Of a stretch of 64,000 nucleotides of DNA, positions 18,293 through 28,394 are shown piece after piece. Under the pieces are notes generated by a model that worked only from the letters and a program-made list of their open reading frames with translations, searched no databases and was not told the DNA's origin. Source of the DNA: a virus; IMG/VR virus record IMGVR_UViG_3300027836_000009, positions 28,114-92,113 of that record; one strand, given 5' to 3'. The position numbers and the translations under genes were made by a program. Position 1 is the stretch's first letter; each line of letters begins with the position of its first letter.

Positions 18293-21200
18293 TGTTACTA
18301 ACGAATCGATTTAAGCTTTTTAATAAGCAAGGATATAACCTTAACCCGGACTATACAAGTCCTATAGGCGTAATTATAAACGATCCTGAAGGTATAGGTT
18401 ACGGAGCTGTGATTAATGCTTACACAAACCCAAGTGGTGAAATTACTTACGTAGAAATTTTAAGTGGTGGTAGCGATTATTCAACAGATACATACTTTGA
18501 ATTTTTTGATGAATTTACAGGTTCAAGATTTGTCACTAGCACTAGCGATATAACATTAAGTGTCACCGGTGAAATCTTATCATTTATAATTCCTATAAGT
18601 TCAAACAATAAAGGTTTTACATATCCGTCTACAACATTTTTTGTTAACGAATTCTTAGAGCCTGTTTCAACTGGACTTATAGCAACGGATCACATTTTCG
18701 TTATTGAGAATGTTTTTGATTCTGACGGTAGAGAAACATATACTAAACCTAGAGTTGAAGAATACGGTCCGTTTAACATTGCTTCGTATAGCAGCAATGG
18801 TCTTACAGCAAATATCAAAATTGAAACATTTGCTATAACAGGATCAGTTCTTGGTGGGAATCTTAATAGGATAGTTGGAATACCTGCATTATTGATACCT
18901 AACTTAAAAGTAGGTATGTATCTTATTGGTACTGGAATTCCAACAAACACAAAGATTACTGAAATAAACACAACGTATAATTACATAACTGTTTCAAATA
19001 ATCTTGTATTAACTGGTGCTTATTCGTTTACTTGTTATGAACCACATAATTTAAGAAAAGGAAATAAGATACGTATTTTTGATACATCATCGCCAACTCT
19101 TTTAGATGGGGAACAAGTTGTAACTGGTGTAACAATTACTGACATTTATTTTGCCAGTACTCAAACTATATCAACGACTGTAACATCAACTACTCAGTTT
19201 GGTGTTATTCCTGTTTATAGTGCGTACTTAACACCTAGTAGTGATTCTGAGTTTTTCTTATTTGATGTTTCTTATAATGTAGATTACCCAACAATTAATA
19301 AAAGAAAACAAGTTTACTTTCAATTAAATAATGCTTCGTTAGCAAGCCCCGCGGATTCAATTCCATCAGGAACTAACACAATTTATCAAAGAACAGTAAA
19401 CGAATACATTCATAAAGAATCGCTGCAGTTTAATATCGGACTTCAATCAGACGTTGAAGGCGTGTACACAGCACAAATTATGATTGACGATATTACATAT
19501 CCTACACCTAAGAAAATATTTGTAGGACTGTATGAAGGTGAAACAATACCTGAAGATGAACGATTAGGTTCATTGCTTGAAAACTTTGGTCGCGATGTTG
19601 ACATGGAGGAAGAACTTATTATGCGTGATTCTGATGTCAATGAAGATCGTGTAGATAATAAGTTGTTAAACGAGAAAAGAAAAGAGATGTTACTTGAAGG
19701 AGATAACATCTGGCCTTATGTAGGTTCTTATCGTGGTTTGGTTAACATCGTTAACTGGTTTGGCTATTATGATATTCGTATTAAAGAATATTGGTTAAAT
19801 GTAAATATTGAAGACGAGTACTATGGTAAGTATCGTCAAATGGAAATTCCTTTTCAGCTTAAAGATAAAGCAAAGGAAAGCGAAATGATATCTTTACTTC
19901 CAAGTAGCCACTATAAGAAGACAAATAAATTTGGACTGTATTATGATATTGTTAGAAATAGTGGGGAATTTGACGAATTTGGTGTACCTGTTACAGAAGA
20001 TGCGTTTGCTTATACAAACGAGGAAGTTTTAATAAAACTTTTTGCATTAAAAAGATACTTAAAAAATAAATTCTTACCTCTTAATACAAGAATCGTTGAT
20101 ATTACAGGCGAAGGTGTTTATTATGAAAGATACGCAGTAAACAGTTGGTACGATCCTAACGTTTATTTAAACATTGAATTAACTCGTGATATTGATTTTA
20201 AAACAAATTCACCAGTTCAAATAATTGATGCAAGGCCTTTTGATAATAATGATGGGATGACAAGTCCCGATATGAATACTCTTGTGTCAAATTACTACAA
20301 CCAATTTAAAATTTCAGATGCATTTATTGATAACCCAGGTGGACCATACTATGGTGTTATACCTCTTGTTTCATTTGTAGGAAATTCTGTTAATCAGCCT
20401 CGAGGCATTGTTAAAATGAAAGGCAATGTAGCATCTATAACGTTTGCTTCTGTTACAGGAACTGGCTATTTAGCTGGAGACGTTATAACATTAGCAGGAG
20501 GCTCTTATATAAATCCTATACGTTTAACAGTAACAAATGTTAACGCAAATGGCGGTGTCATTGATGCTGATATTTTAGCAGGTCCTGACCAAGGATCTCT
20601 TTATGCTTCATTACCACCAACTTTTTACCAAGCACTTGTATTAAGACCAAGTGGTACAACTTTTTTTGTTCCTAACGCAACTGGGTTTAATTGTCTTGCT
20701 ACTGACATCCCGTTAATTGCTGAAGATATTTATTTCTACGATCGTTTTGACAGCGGCGAAACATTTTCAACATTGCCTACCGCAGTTTTCTCGCCAGCAA
20801 TAGGCGGTATATCTGCATTATTAGATGTAACTACTGTTCCTGGAACACCTATTGGTTATTTTACCGATACTGATACAGTAGATCCTTGGGTTGATGCTCC
20901 AGGTATTCCTGTGGGTGGTCCTCTTAATTTGTCAACATCTTTTGATGTTACATGGGATGATATGCAATACGTATGGAAAGATTTAAGCGGTGCGTCTGAC
21001 GCGTCTTTTAAGGCATGGGTAGATGGTCAGCTTCAAGCAATTGAGATTCTTAACCCAGGAACTGACTATGCTTATGCACCAGATATATTTGTATCAGGAG
21101 GAGGAGGGTTTGGCGGGACAGCTGATTCTTCAATTATTAACGGCAAGATTAAGATACTTGAATATGAAATACTAACTGTTAGTAACTCAGTAGGTATTAA

Positions 21201-24200
21201 TGACTTAATAACTGTCACGCCTGCATTACCTGTAGCTGGCTTATATCAAGTAAGTATTAATAAAATTGTTAAAAGCCCTAATGTACCTGACGGTACAATG
21301 ACAAGCATAGTTAATCAGCCGCTTGATGAAATTGAATTATCTCTATACGATGGTTCGGCAATTACAACAGCGTTAGCGCCCGGTGATAAAATTTACATAC
21401 ACGAAGGTATAAATGTTTTAACAAGTGGTACTTATTTAGAATCTCCAACAGTATCAGCAAATGGCGGTAGAGGTGATTCTTACACTTGGGATAAAATGGG
21501 AAGATACGATATGTATCAAATGGCATGGAGAATTTCTTTGACTGGTCCTGAAAATCCTAATCAACAGTTTAACTATTATACTGATATAAAGCCTATAGAT
21601 GAACTTATAAATCATACTGTATTGTTACCTTATGAAGGTGTTTACGCAGTAGAAATGGTGATATATGATACAGATAACAATTTCTTAATTAAAAGAAAAG
21701 ATATAACTGTGACAATGCCATATGCAAACTTTTCGTTTGTTGCAAGATTTGTTACTGATTGTGTTGACACGTGGGATGATTTAGCTCAAGTACCTACTCC
21801 GGTGTTTTCGCAAACGCCAGGTCAATTAAACCCACCAGACAATGAAGGACCTCTTTATGATTGGGATCATGCAACTGGTCGTTGGGTAAATCCAGTGTTT
21901 AACCCAACAACATGGGATGATTCAGAAATCACATGGAATCATTTAGAAGGAGGACCTTTATCTGTATTTAATGATTATAATTTCCCATTAGAAAATCCTT
22001 TAGAAGTGATCCAAATCTCTGCAGAAGATAATCTTGAATACTATGTTTTATCATATAAAGATTCAACAACAAATCCTGCTGTAGTTAACCCAACGATATC
22101 TGTCTTTGGGCAAAGACCATATCCAAAAATTGAACCTTTAATAAATCCTAATGATTGGATTTTTATTAGAAGAGATGATGTTACATATCAATTAGAAGTG
22201 TTATACACAGATTATTCTGTGGCTAATGAAACTAAAATTGAATTAACTACAACTCCGCCATTAGCGTTTACACAAAATCCAACTACGTGGGAAGTTCTTA
22301 GAGAAATAGGCGGCACTATTGTATTAAAAGGAAATCAAATATACGATCCTATCACAAATCCTACAGGTATTGAAATTGGAAAGTACATTAGATTAATTGG
22401 TGTTGACGATGTACCAAAACAAAAAAGAGTAGGAATTGTTGGAAAAGATAATTACGCAGGAAATCCTAATTACATAGTTTTAAATGGTGATGTTAACAAT
22501 TACACAAAAGGTGGCGAAATTGGAAAGATTTATAAAATACGTAATTACGATTCAGCAAATGGCAATCTTAATTGGAATTCTGTAGAATCTACGTCAGCTT
22601 GGGTAGTAAGACCAGGAATAACTGATAATGTTGAAAAAAATAAATATGTAGGTAAACTTTATATTAATAGTTCGATTGAAGTAGGGTGTTTACCTGCGGT
22701 CCCATCATCTGAAATAAGACCAGGGTTTACAAACATTATTATTTTTGTTCAACTTGATGGCAAAATTATTTATGAACAAAGATTAAGAACTTTACATACG
22801 TTCTTTGACACTAGTAACACTGGTGTTATTTATGATGTATGGAACGGAGCTGGAGTAAATTATAATGGAATTCATGTAATTGACATTTCTACAGTTGACG
22901 GCGGTGAATTATTTAATTTAAACGCGCAGCTTGCCGATTGGTTTACAGCTGGTGCTTCAATTTGGCTGGAGTATGAATATAATGAATTTCCAACTCGTAC
23001 TTATTTAGGTTTAGGATCTGCTGGTGTACCAGAAGTTTATATGGACTTTAATATGTTCCCACCATCAGGCGAATTTATAAGTGCAGACCTAAGTTCATTC
23101 CCTGCGTCATCATTACCTTTTACAGGTTGGTATTATGATCATGGCATAGCAACTGGTGATTACAGTTTATACGTAGTAAACACAGGTACTTGGAGAAATG
23201 GATTAGGCACAATTATAACTGTTGATGATTCAGCTTCTGAATTGCTTAGAAGTTCATCGAGTTTTACCGCATATCAATATGACTTTGATACTGATAATTC
23301 AGAAAAGTATATTGGTTCATTAACTAAAACATGGGAAAATTCTCAACTTATTAATTGGACTGAAGCATGTAACCAATCATGGGATACATATGATTATCAA
23401 GATAACTTAGGTTGTAATTTTAACTTAAGCAAAATTGCGCAAAACGGCGGAATACAAATGAATAACGATATTAGTTTCTTATTCACTGGAATTGTAGGTG
23501 GTATGTCACCGGCACAGCAATGGTCACAAGCACTTTATGAATTAAGAAAAACTGATAACCCATCACTTTCAAGATTTAGTTATCAACTTAATAGCGTTTC
23601 AGATATGAAATTTATATTAGGAAGAGTTGATACATACACGGATCCTACAAAGATATTTGATTACCAAACTTCTGGTCCAACCCCAGTTGTAGGAGATGTC
23701 ATTGTTGCTGAAAACGTCGGACCTGCTCAAGATATTGTTAATGTAACATCTGATTTAGAATTAGCAAATCCTATACCTAAAAAGGTTGCTTTTACAGCAA
23801 CGGCTACTGCTGGTGATTATTCAATTAAGAATATTACAGGCTTAATGGAATCTGAAATTTATATAGGAGATACAATCACAGGTCCTGGATTACCCGTTAC
23901 GCCAAGTACTGGAGCAACAGTTTTAGAAATATATGCTTATGATGGTGTTGTTAGAACTTTAAGATTATCTGAACCTGCGTCAGTAAATGCAACATGGAAT
24001 ACTTATTACTTAGAATGGGTAACGCCTGCAAACAGTTTATTAGGTTTACAACATTTATTGGAAAACGGAACTTTTTTAATTGATGCATTTGCGAATACGC
24101 CAAGTGTTGACCAATTAGGATGGTTAATTGGACAAAATGGTATTGAATTCTATAATGAAGTAACAAGATCAAACGATCCTATTTCACATACATATCCTAT

Positions 24201-24747
24201 TAAAAATCTTTATCACAATGTAGGCTATGGAATCGGTAAAGTTGGTGGTTTCTTAACGGGGATGAAAGAACTTGTAATTAATGAAAGATCATTACAAGTT
24301 TATTTTTATGAAGGCATAAATCCAAATGCTGGTGAACCTGGATGGTATCCTGCAGCTTCGTTAGCGCCTGCTTATTCATTTTTTAATGACCCAGCTTTTA
24401 GTAATGTTTTAGAAGCTGAAACACAATCTAATCGTTTACCTTATGAATCAGCAATAGGCGGATCTTGGAGATGGGAAGATTCAATTATAGGAACGCTACC
24501 TGCAAAAATACCACAAGGCACAAGCGTTTTACTTACACCGGATGCAAGTAAAATAGCAGGAAAAACAAAATTTGGTTGGAAGATATATGAAGATTCAAAT
24601 CTTCTTGTCGAAACAACTGACCCAACTATCTTATGGGAATTTTCATACCCGGGTAAGTTCACTGTTGAATTAACCATAGAAGATACAAACGGTAATGTAA
24701 GAATAGATACGAAAAAAGATTTCTTTGAAGTTTATGGCGAAAACTAA
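18292..24747 (+). CDS. Large baseplate wedge/structural protein (gp7-like) with a C-terminal PKD-like domain
   Basis: 2151 aa following gp6; GEITYVEILSGGSDY-type repeats, YVGSYRGLVNIVNWFGY, and C-terminal FSYPGKFTVELTIEDTNGN. Confidence 0.65.
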   Translation: MLLTNRFKLFNKQGYNLNPDYTSPIGVIINDPEGIGYGAVINAYTNPSGEITYVEILSGGSDYSTDTYFEFFDEFTGSRFVTSTSDITLSVTGEILSFIIPISSNNKGFTYPSTTFFVNEFLEPVSTGLIATDHIFVIENVFDSDGRETYTKPRVEEYGPFNIASYSSNGLTANIKIETFAITGSVLGGNLNRIVGIPALLIPNLKVGMYLIGTGIPTNTKITEINTTYNYITVSNNLVLTGAYSFTCYEPHNLRKGNKIRIFDTSSPTLLDGEQVVTGVTITDIYFASTQTISTTVTSTTQFGVIPVYSAYLTPSSDSEFFLFDVSYNVDYPTINKRKQVYFQLNNASLASPADSIPSGTNTIYQRTVNEYIHKESLQFNIGLQSDVEGVYTAQIMIDDITYPTPKKIFVGLYEGETIPEDERLGSLLENFGRDVDMEEELIMRDSDVNEDRVDNKLLNEKRKEMLLEGDNIWPYVGSYRGLVNIVNWFGYYDIRIKEYWLNVNIEDEYYGKYRQMEIPFQLKDKAKESEMISLLPSSHYKKTNKFGLYYDIVRNSGEFDEFGVPVTEDAFAYTNEEVLIKLFALKRYLKNKFLPLNTRIVDITGEGVYYERYAVNSWYDPNVYLNIELTRDIDFKTNSPVQIIDARPFDNNDGMTSPDMNTLVSNYYNQFKISDAFIDNPGGPYYGVIPLVSFVGNSVNQPRGIVKMKGNVASITFASVTGTGYLAGDVITLAGGSYINPIRLTVTNVNANGGVIDADILAGPDQGSLYASLPPTFYQALVLRPSGTTFFVPNATGFNCLATDIPLIAEDIYFYDRFDSGETFSTLPTAVFSPAIGGISALLDVTTVPGTPIGYFTDTDTVDPWVDAPGIPVGGPLNLSTSFDVTWDDMQYVWKDLSGASDASFKAWVDGQLQAIEILNPGTDYAYAPDIFVSGGGGFGGTADSSIINGKIKILEYEILTVSNSVGINDLITVTPALPVAGLYQVSINKIVKSPNVPDGTMTSIVNQPLDEIELSLYDGSAITTALAPGDKIYIHEGINVLTSGTYLESPTVSANGGRGDSYTWDKMGRYDMYQMAWRISLTGPENPNQQFNYYTDIKPIDELINHTVLLPYEGVYAVEMVIYDTDNNFLIKRKDITVTMPYANFSFVARFVTDCVDTWDDLAQVPTPVFSQTPGQLNPPDNEGPLYDWDHATGRWVNPVFNPTTWDDSEITWNHLEGGPLSVFNDYNFPLENPLEVIQISAEDNLEYYVLSYKDSTTNPAVVNPTISVFGQRPYPKIEPLINPNDWIFIRRDDVTYQLEVLYTDYSVANETKIELTTTPPLAFTQNPTTWEVLREIGGTIVLKGNQIYDPITNPTGIEIGKYIRLIGVDDVPKQKRVGIVGKDNYAGNPNYIVLNGDVNNYTKGGEIGKIYKIRNYDSANGNLNWNSVESTSAWVVRPGITDNVEKNKYVGKLYINSSIEVGCLPAVPSSEIRPGFTNIIIFVQLDGKIIYEQRLRTLHTFFDTSNTGVIYDVWNGAGVNYNGIHVIDISTVDGGELFNLNAQLADWFTAGASIWLEYEYNEFPTRTYLGLGSAGVPEVYMDFNMFPPSGEFISADLSSFPASSLPFTGWYYDHGIATGDYSLYVVNTGTWRNGLGTIITVDDSASELLRSSSSFTAYQYDFDTDNSEKYIGSLTKTWENSQLINWTEACNQSWDTYDYQDNLGCNFNLSKIAQNGGIQMNNDISFLFTGIVGGMSPAQQWSQALYELRKTDNPSLSRFSYQLNSVSDMKFILGRVDTYTDPTKIFDYQTSGPTPVVGDVIVAENVGPAQDIVNVTSDLELANPIPKKVAFTATATAGDYSIKNITGLMESEIYIGDTITGPGLPVTPSTGATVLEIYAYDGVVRTLRLSEPASVNATWNTYYLEWVTPANSLLGLQHLLENGTFLIDAFANTPSVDQLGWLIGQNGIEFYNEVTRSNDPISHTYPIKNLYHNVGYGIGKVGGFLTGMKELVINERSLQVYFYEGINPNAGEPGWYPAASLAPAYSFFNDPAFSNVLEAETQSNRLPYESAIGGSWRWEDSIIGTLPAKIPQGTSVLLTPDASKIAGKTKFGWKIYEDSNLLVETTDPTILWEFSYPGKFTVELTIEDTNGNVRIDTKKDFFEVYGEN

Positions 24748-26146
24748 TAGATTAATAATTAATGTGCCTGACGCTTTATTAAAAGCTCAAGACCAATTTT
24801 TAAGAACACCTTCTATTGAAGATGGTAATAGTGATGATGTGCTACAAGGAAAGATATACACATCTGAGTTAACAATTAATGATAACTATAGTGTAAATTA
24901 TACATCAAGTATAACAAAAGTTGACTTTCAAAATATAAAGTCAGGAAATTTTTACATTGTTAACATACATTGTTCATATCTTGCGCAACAAGCAAGCGTA
25001 GCAGCAACAAATCCTGGACTATACGGGTCTGAATTAATAAAAACAGGTGAGCCGTTCACAATTATAAGTTCAACTGGTGATTATGTAAGAGGTGTTGTTT
25101 CGGAAATTGTTGAAATTATACCTACGCAATTACAATCTAATTATCCTGAAGTTTGGGAGTATAATTTTGAACTTTCATGTATTATTGCGCAAGGCAATCC
25201 TAAAGAAATCTCGCCAGGCCAGTGGTTTATTTGGAAAAGACAAATGTATCAAGATCATTCAACATTTAATGAAGCATATCCGCCAGTTAATTTAACTGCG
25301 TCTTTTAATTCAACGACAAAAGAAATCTTCTTTTATTGGGATGATGTTAATCAATCAAGTAGAACTTACAGGCTACAGCTAAGAGACCCATCAGATAGTA
25401 TTACCCCTTACATATATAAAACACAAGTTCATGGCCCGCTATCAAATAGCGATACTTCGTTAAAAGCTTTTGTTAATAATGGAAATGTACAAACAATTAA
25501 AATAGTTGAGCCGGGCGTAGGTTTAAATTCCAATCGTTCTTTAATAATTAAAGGAGTTGGAACAGGCGCAGTTTGGGCAACTCGTCTTGATAATAAAGGA
25601 GCATTAATGATAAACACGTTTGATGTTTGTGCCATATCTGGTTCTGCAAATCCTTCATACCTTGAACTTGGTTTATTTGCAAGAAAGACACGTCCTGAAT
25701 ATGGCGGCACATATCCGCTACCTACAATTAATTCATACATTGAAGGTTTACCGCCTTTAGGCACAACAACAAATTTTTATGTGCATTCTATATTATATTC
25801 AGGCAGACAATTTGGAATTGAGGTTCGCGATGCTGATACAGGATTGGGGGTAGACATTACACAAGAATGGTATGATGAAGTTCTTAAATCTGAAATCAAA
25901 ACACATGATGGTGTATATAAAATACAAAACGGATCAGGATATAATTACAGAACATTGGCTAGTGTAAAAACTATACCTAATGGCGTTCGTGCTTATTGGG
26001 ATCCCGTTTTTGGAGTACCTACCAATTCAGCTCCGTTTAATTATTCAACAAATAAACTCTGGGCTTGGTCAGTATCCGCAACATATGATGAGATAAATAA
26101 ACTATACACAGAATGGACAGCAGAAGAATACATAAACCTAGCATAA
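24734..26146 (+). CDS. Structural protein (baseplate/fibre) with FN3-like segments
   Basis: PPVNLTAS...FYWDD and WAWSVSA...EW motifs; TIKIVEPGVG repeat. Start revised to ATG 24734. Confidence 0.55.
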   Translation: MAKTNRLIINVPDALLKAQDQFLRTPSIEDGNSDDVLQGKIYTSELTINDNYSVNYTSSITKVDFQNIKSGNFYIVNIHCSYLAQQASVAATNPGLYGSELIKTGEPFTIISSTGDYVRGVVSEIVEIIPTQLQSNYPEVWEYNFELSCIIAQGNPKEISPGQWFIWKRQMYQDHSTFNEAYPPVNLTASFNSTTKEIFFYWDDVNQSSRTYRLQLRDPSDSITPYIYKTQVHGPLSNSDTSLKAFVNNGNVQTIKIVEPGVGLNSNRSLIIKGVGTGAVWATRLDNKGALMINTFDVCAISGSANPSYLELGLFARKTRPEYGGTYPLPTINSYIEGLPPLGTTTNFYVHSILYSGRQFGIEVRDADTGLGVDITQEWYDEVLKSEIKTHDGVYKIQNGSGYNYRTLASVKTIPNGVRAYWDPVFGVPTNSAPFNYSTNKLWAWSVSATYDEINKLYTEWTAEEYINLA

Positions 26147-26700
26147 ACGAAATTTCAATAAAAGGGAAACGATCTGAAAAGCTTGCTATATTTGACTTAG
26201 ATGATACGCTCATCATTTCACAAGCGAAGATACAGGTCATAGATCCTAAATCGGGGAGGGTTCTTAAATCCCTTACACCGGAACAATTTAACCATTATGT
26301 ACATGATCACAATCACGCATTATCATTTACTGAATTTGAGGATGCGGAAATTTTGAGAAGATCTACATTTATAACAGAGATATTGGAAAAGTTATTAAAT
26401 TTTTACACCAGCGGAGTACATGTCTCAATTGTAACAGCAAGATCTAATACAAAACTGATTCGTGATTTTTTCTTAGAAAAAGGAATAAACATTCACCCGG
26501 ATTTGGTGTTTGCCGTAAATGATCCCAGGTATAATTTTAAAGGTAATGTTGCCGAAAAGAAAAAGCAAGCAATACACGGGCTCATAGAATACGGTTATAA
26601 AGATTTAGTTTTCTTTGACGACAACGATGACAATCTCCGATTAGCAAAAGAAATTGAAAAGGAGAAAGATGTCAAAGTTGAAACTGTCAAAGTTGGTTGA
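26113..26700 (+). CDS. HAD-superfamily phosphatase
   Basis: Motif I IFDLDDT, motif II IVTAR, motif III K, motif IV FFDDNDDN. Confidence 0.85.
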   Translation: MDSRRIHKPSINEISIKGKRSEKLAIFDLDDTLIISQAKIQVIDPKSGRVLKSLTPEQFNHYVHDHNHALSFTEFEDAEILRRSTFITEILEKLLNFYTSGVHVSIVTARSNTKLIRDFFLEKGINIHPDLVFAVNDPRYNFKGNVAEKKKQAIHGLIEYGYKDLVFFDDNDDNLRLAKEIEKEKDVKVETVKVG

Positions 26701-26740
26701 AATTATATAGGACGAGATCCTATGCAAAAAATAAAAGATT

Positions 26741-27529
26741 ATGGCAAGACCTAAAAATAAAGCCAAGACAGATGAATACTTTGATGAAGTATTTCCACTT
26801 GGATATACATCTTCATCACAAACATCAAACAAGTTTAATCTTGATAAGATTACGGTTGATTTGAAATGTAAAAATCCAAACCAAAAAACTTTTATTAACT
26901 TAATCAGTGATAACAAAATTACAATCGCTGCTGGCCCTGCAGGAACAGGGAAAACATATCTTGCTTGCGCACAAGCATTGAAAATGTTAAAGTCAGATCC
27001 AAAATTTAAAAGAATAATACTTGTAAAAAGTGTAACGGTTTTAGAAGGCGAAGAAATAGGATTCCTAAAAGGAGATATGAAAGAAAAAATGTATCCTTTT
27101 ACAATTTCTTTTCTTGATAACTTTCACAAACTTATTGGAGAAGGCATAACACAAATCATGCTTGACATGGGACTTATTCAAGTTCTACCATTAGCTTATA
27201 TTCGTGGTCGTTCAATTGACAACGCAATCATAATCGTTGACGAAGCTCAAAACATTACTAAAAAGAATATGAGGTCTACATTGACCCGTATCGGTACTGA
27301 TTCTATAATGATCATTACAGGTGATACTAAACAAATTGATATGAAGAATCATCAGATGTCTTCACTCGAATTGGTTGTTCACTTATTTGCCGATAAGCCT
27401 AATATAGGAGTATTGGAATTTGATAAAAATGATATCGTTAGGGATCCTATCGTTATGTTAATCGAACAAACTTTTGATGATTGGGAAGAATCCCAAACAA
27501 CTACACATCCTAAAAAGGATATTTCGTAA
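26741..27529 (+). CDS. phoH: PhoH-like ATPase
   Basis: GPAGTGKT Walker A, IGFLKG, LAYIRGRS, IIVDEAQN, TGDTKQID and DIVR. Confidence 0.95.
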   Translation: MARPKNKAKTDEYFDEVFPLGYTSSSQTSNKFNLDKITVDLKCKNPNQKTFINLISDNKITIAAGPAGTGKTYLACAQALKMLKSDPKFKRIILVKSVTVLEGEEIGFLKGDMKEKMYPFTISFLDNFHKLIGEGITQIMLDMGLIQVLPLAYIRGRSIDNAIIIVDEAQNITKKNMRSTLTRIGTDSIMIITGDTKQIDMKNHQMSSLELVVHLFADKPNIGVLEFDKNDIVRDPIVMLIEQTFDDWEESQTTTHPKKDIS

Positions 27530-27962
27530 TATAACCAATTTTTGAATTAAACCAATGTTCGCCGTATGAAACAAATAACTGTTCTTCGGCGGATATTGGT
27601 TTTATTGTTTTTATACCAATAAGATTAAGTTCGTAGTCAGCAATAAACTGACAATTATTATCATCTTTATGATTATACAGAGCCACCCATCCCATTGGGA
27701 ATCCACCGTCTGCTTGCCAGTTCACAGTGTATTGGTCAAGTTTTAAATCTCCGTTTGGAATTCCTTCAGCTTGACAAGACCAAATTGCTATTTCCATTAA
27801 CTGTCGTGGATAAACAACAACAGGAGCTATTTCAATAATAACTCCGTCGTTGATGTTTTCTTTTGTAAAAATCCCCCAGCCGCCTATTTGTGGAACTGAC
27901 TGAATTTCTAATCTCGAATCTATAAAAGGTTTATAATTCGAGTCCTGAAGATTTTTTTGCAT
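27510..27962 (-). CDS. SET-domain protein lysine methyltransferase
   Basis: GWGIFTKENI, YNHKDDNNC and KPISAEEQLFVSYG motifs. Confidence 0.85.
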   Translation of the reverse strand: MQKNLQDSNYKPFIDSRLEIQSVPQIGGWGIFTKENINDGVIIEIAPVVVYPRQLMEIAIWSCQAEGIPNGDLKLDQYTVNWQADGGFPMGWVALYNHKDDNNCQFIADYELNLIGIKTIKPISAEEQLFVSYGEHWFNSKIGYITKYPF

Positions 27963-28221
27963 TACAAGTACTTTTTAAATTTTCAGGAAAATCTGGTACT
28001 TGAGAATAAACAAACTCAGGTACTTTCCCACATTTTTTACAAATGACAACATCCATAGGTAGATATTCTTCTTTGCCACTTGGACTCAATAATGCTGGTA
28101 ATCTTTTAAATATAGATACAGATTCAAATAGCTGTGGTTCCTCATCACATCCTACCCATTCTAATGTTCGTGGATCGACTCTCATCTGTCCTAATCCATC
28201 TTCTTTTCCTAGATTCATCAT
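27931..28221 (-). CDS. Small hypothetical protein, possible degenerate zinc ribbon
   Basis: VGCD...CKKCG with the LSPSGKE motif; overlaps the SET gene start. Confidence 0.65.
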   Translation of the reverse strand: MMNLGKEDGLGQMRVDPRTLEWVGCDEEPQLFESVSIFKRLPALLSPSGKEEYLPMDVVICKKCGKVPEFVYSQVPDFPENLKSTCNAKKSSGLEL

Positions 28222-28312
28222 TCTTTCTTTTCTTATGTTTCTACTGTTGTTTACTATCTTAGTCTACCTACTTCAATCTATCTATCCTTCCACCTGACTA
28301 ACCGTATAGTTT

Positions 28313-28376
28313 TTATACATAGTTTGTAAATAGTTCTGTCTAATATGAACTAATTAAAGAAAAATGTATATAAAAA
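28313..28376. promoter_or_regulatory. Divergent pair of GAACTAWTT-n-TATA promoters
   Basis: Minus strand gaactattt...atgtataaaaa (28336 to 28313); plus strand gaactaatt...atgtatataaaaa (28347-28376). Confidence 0.5.
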
Positions 28377-28394
28377 TTAAAATAAATTAAAATT

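Noticed and set aside
28043-28297. 84-aa plus-strand ORF with a hydrophobic C-terminus (holin-like?)
   Set aside because: It is antisense to the better-supported 27931..28221 gene, and its hydrophobicity comes from the pyrimidine-rich leader.
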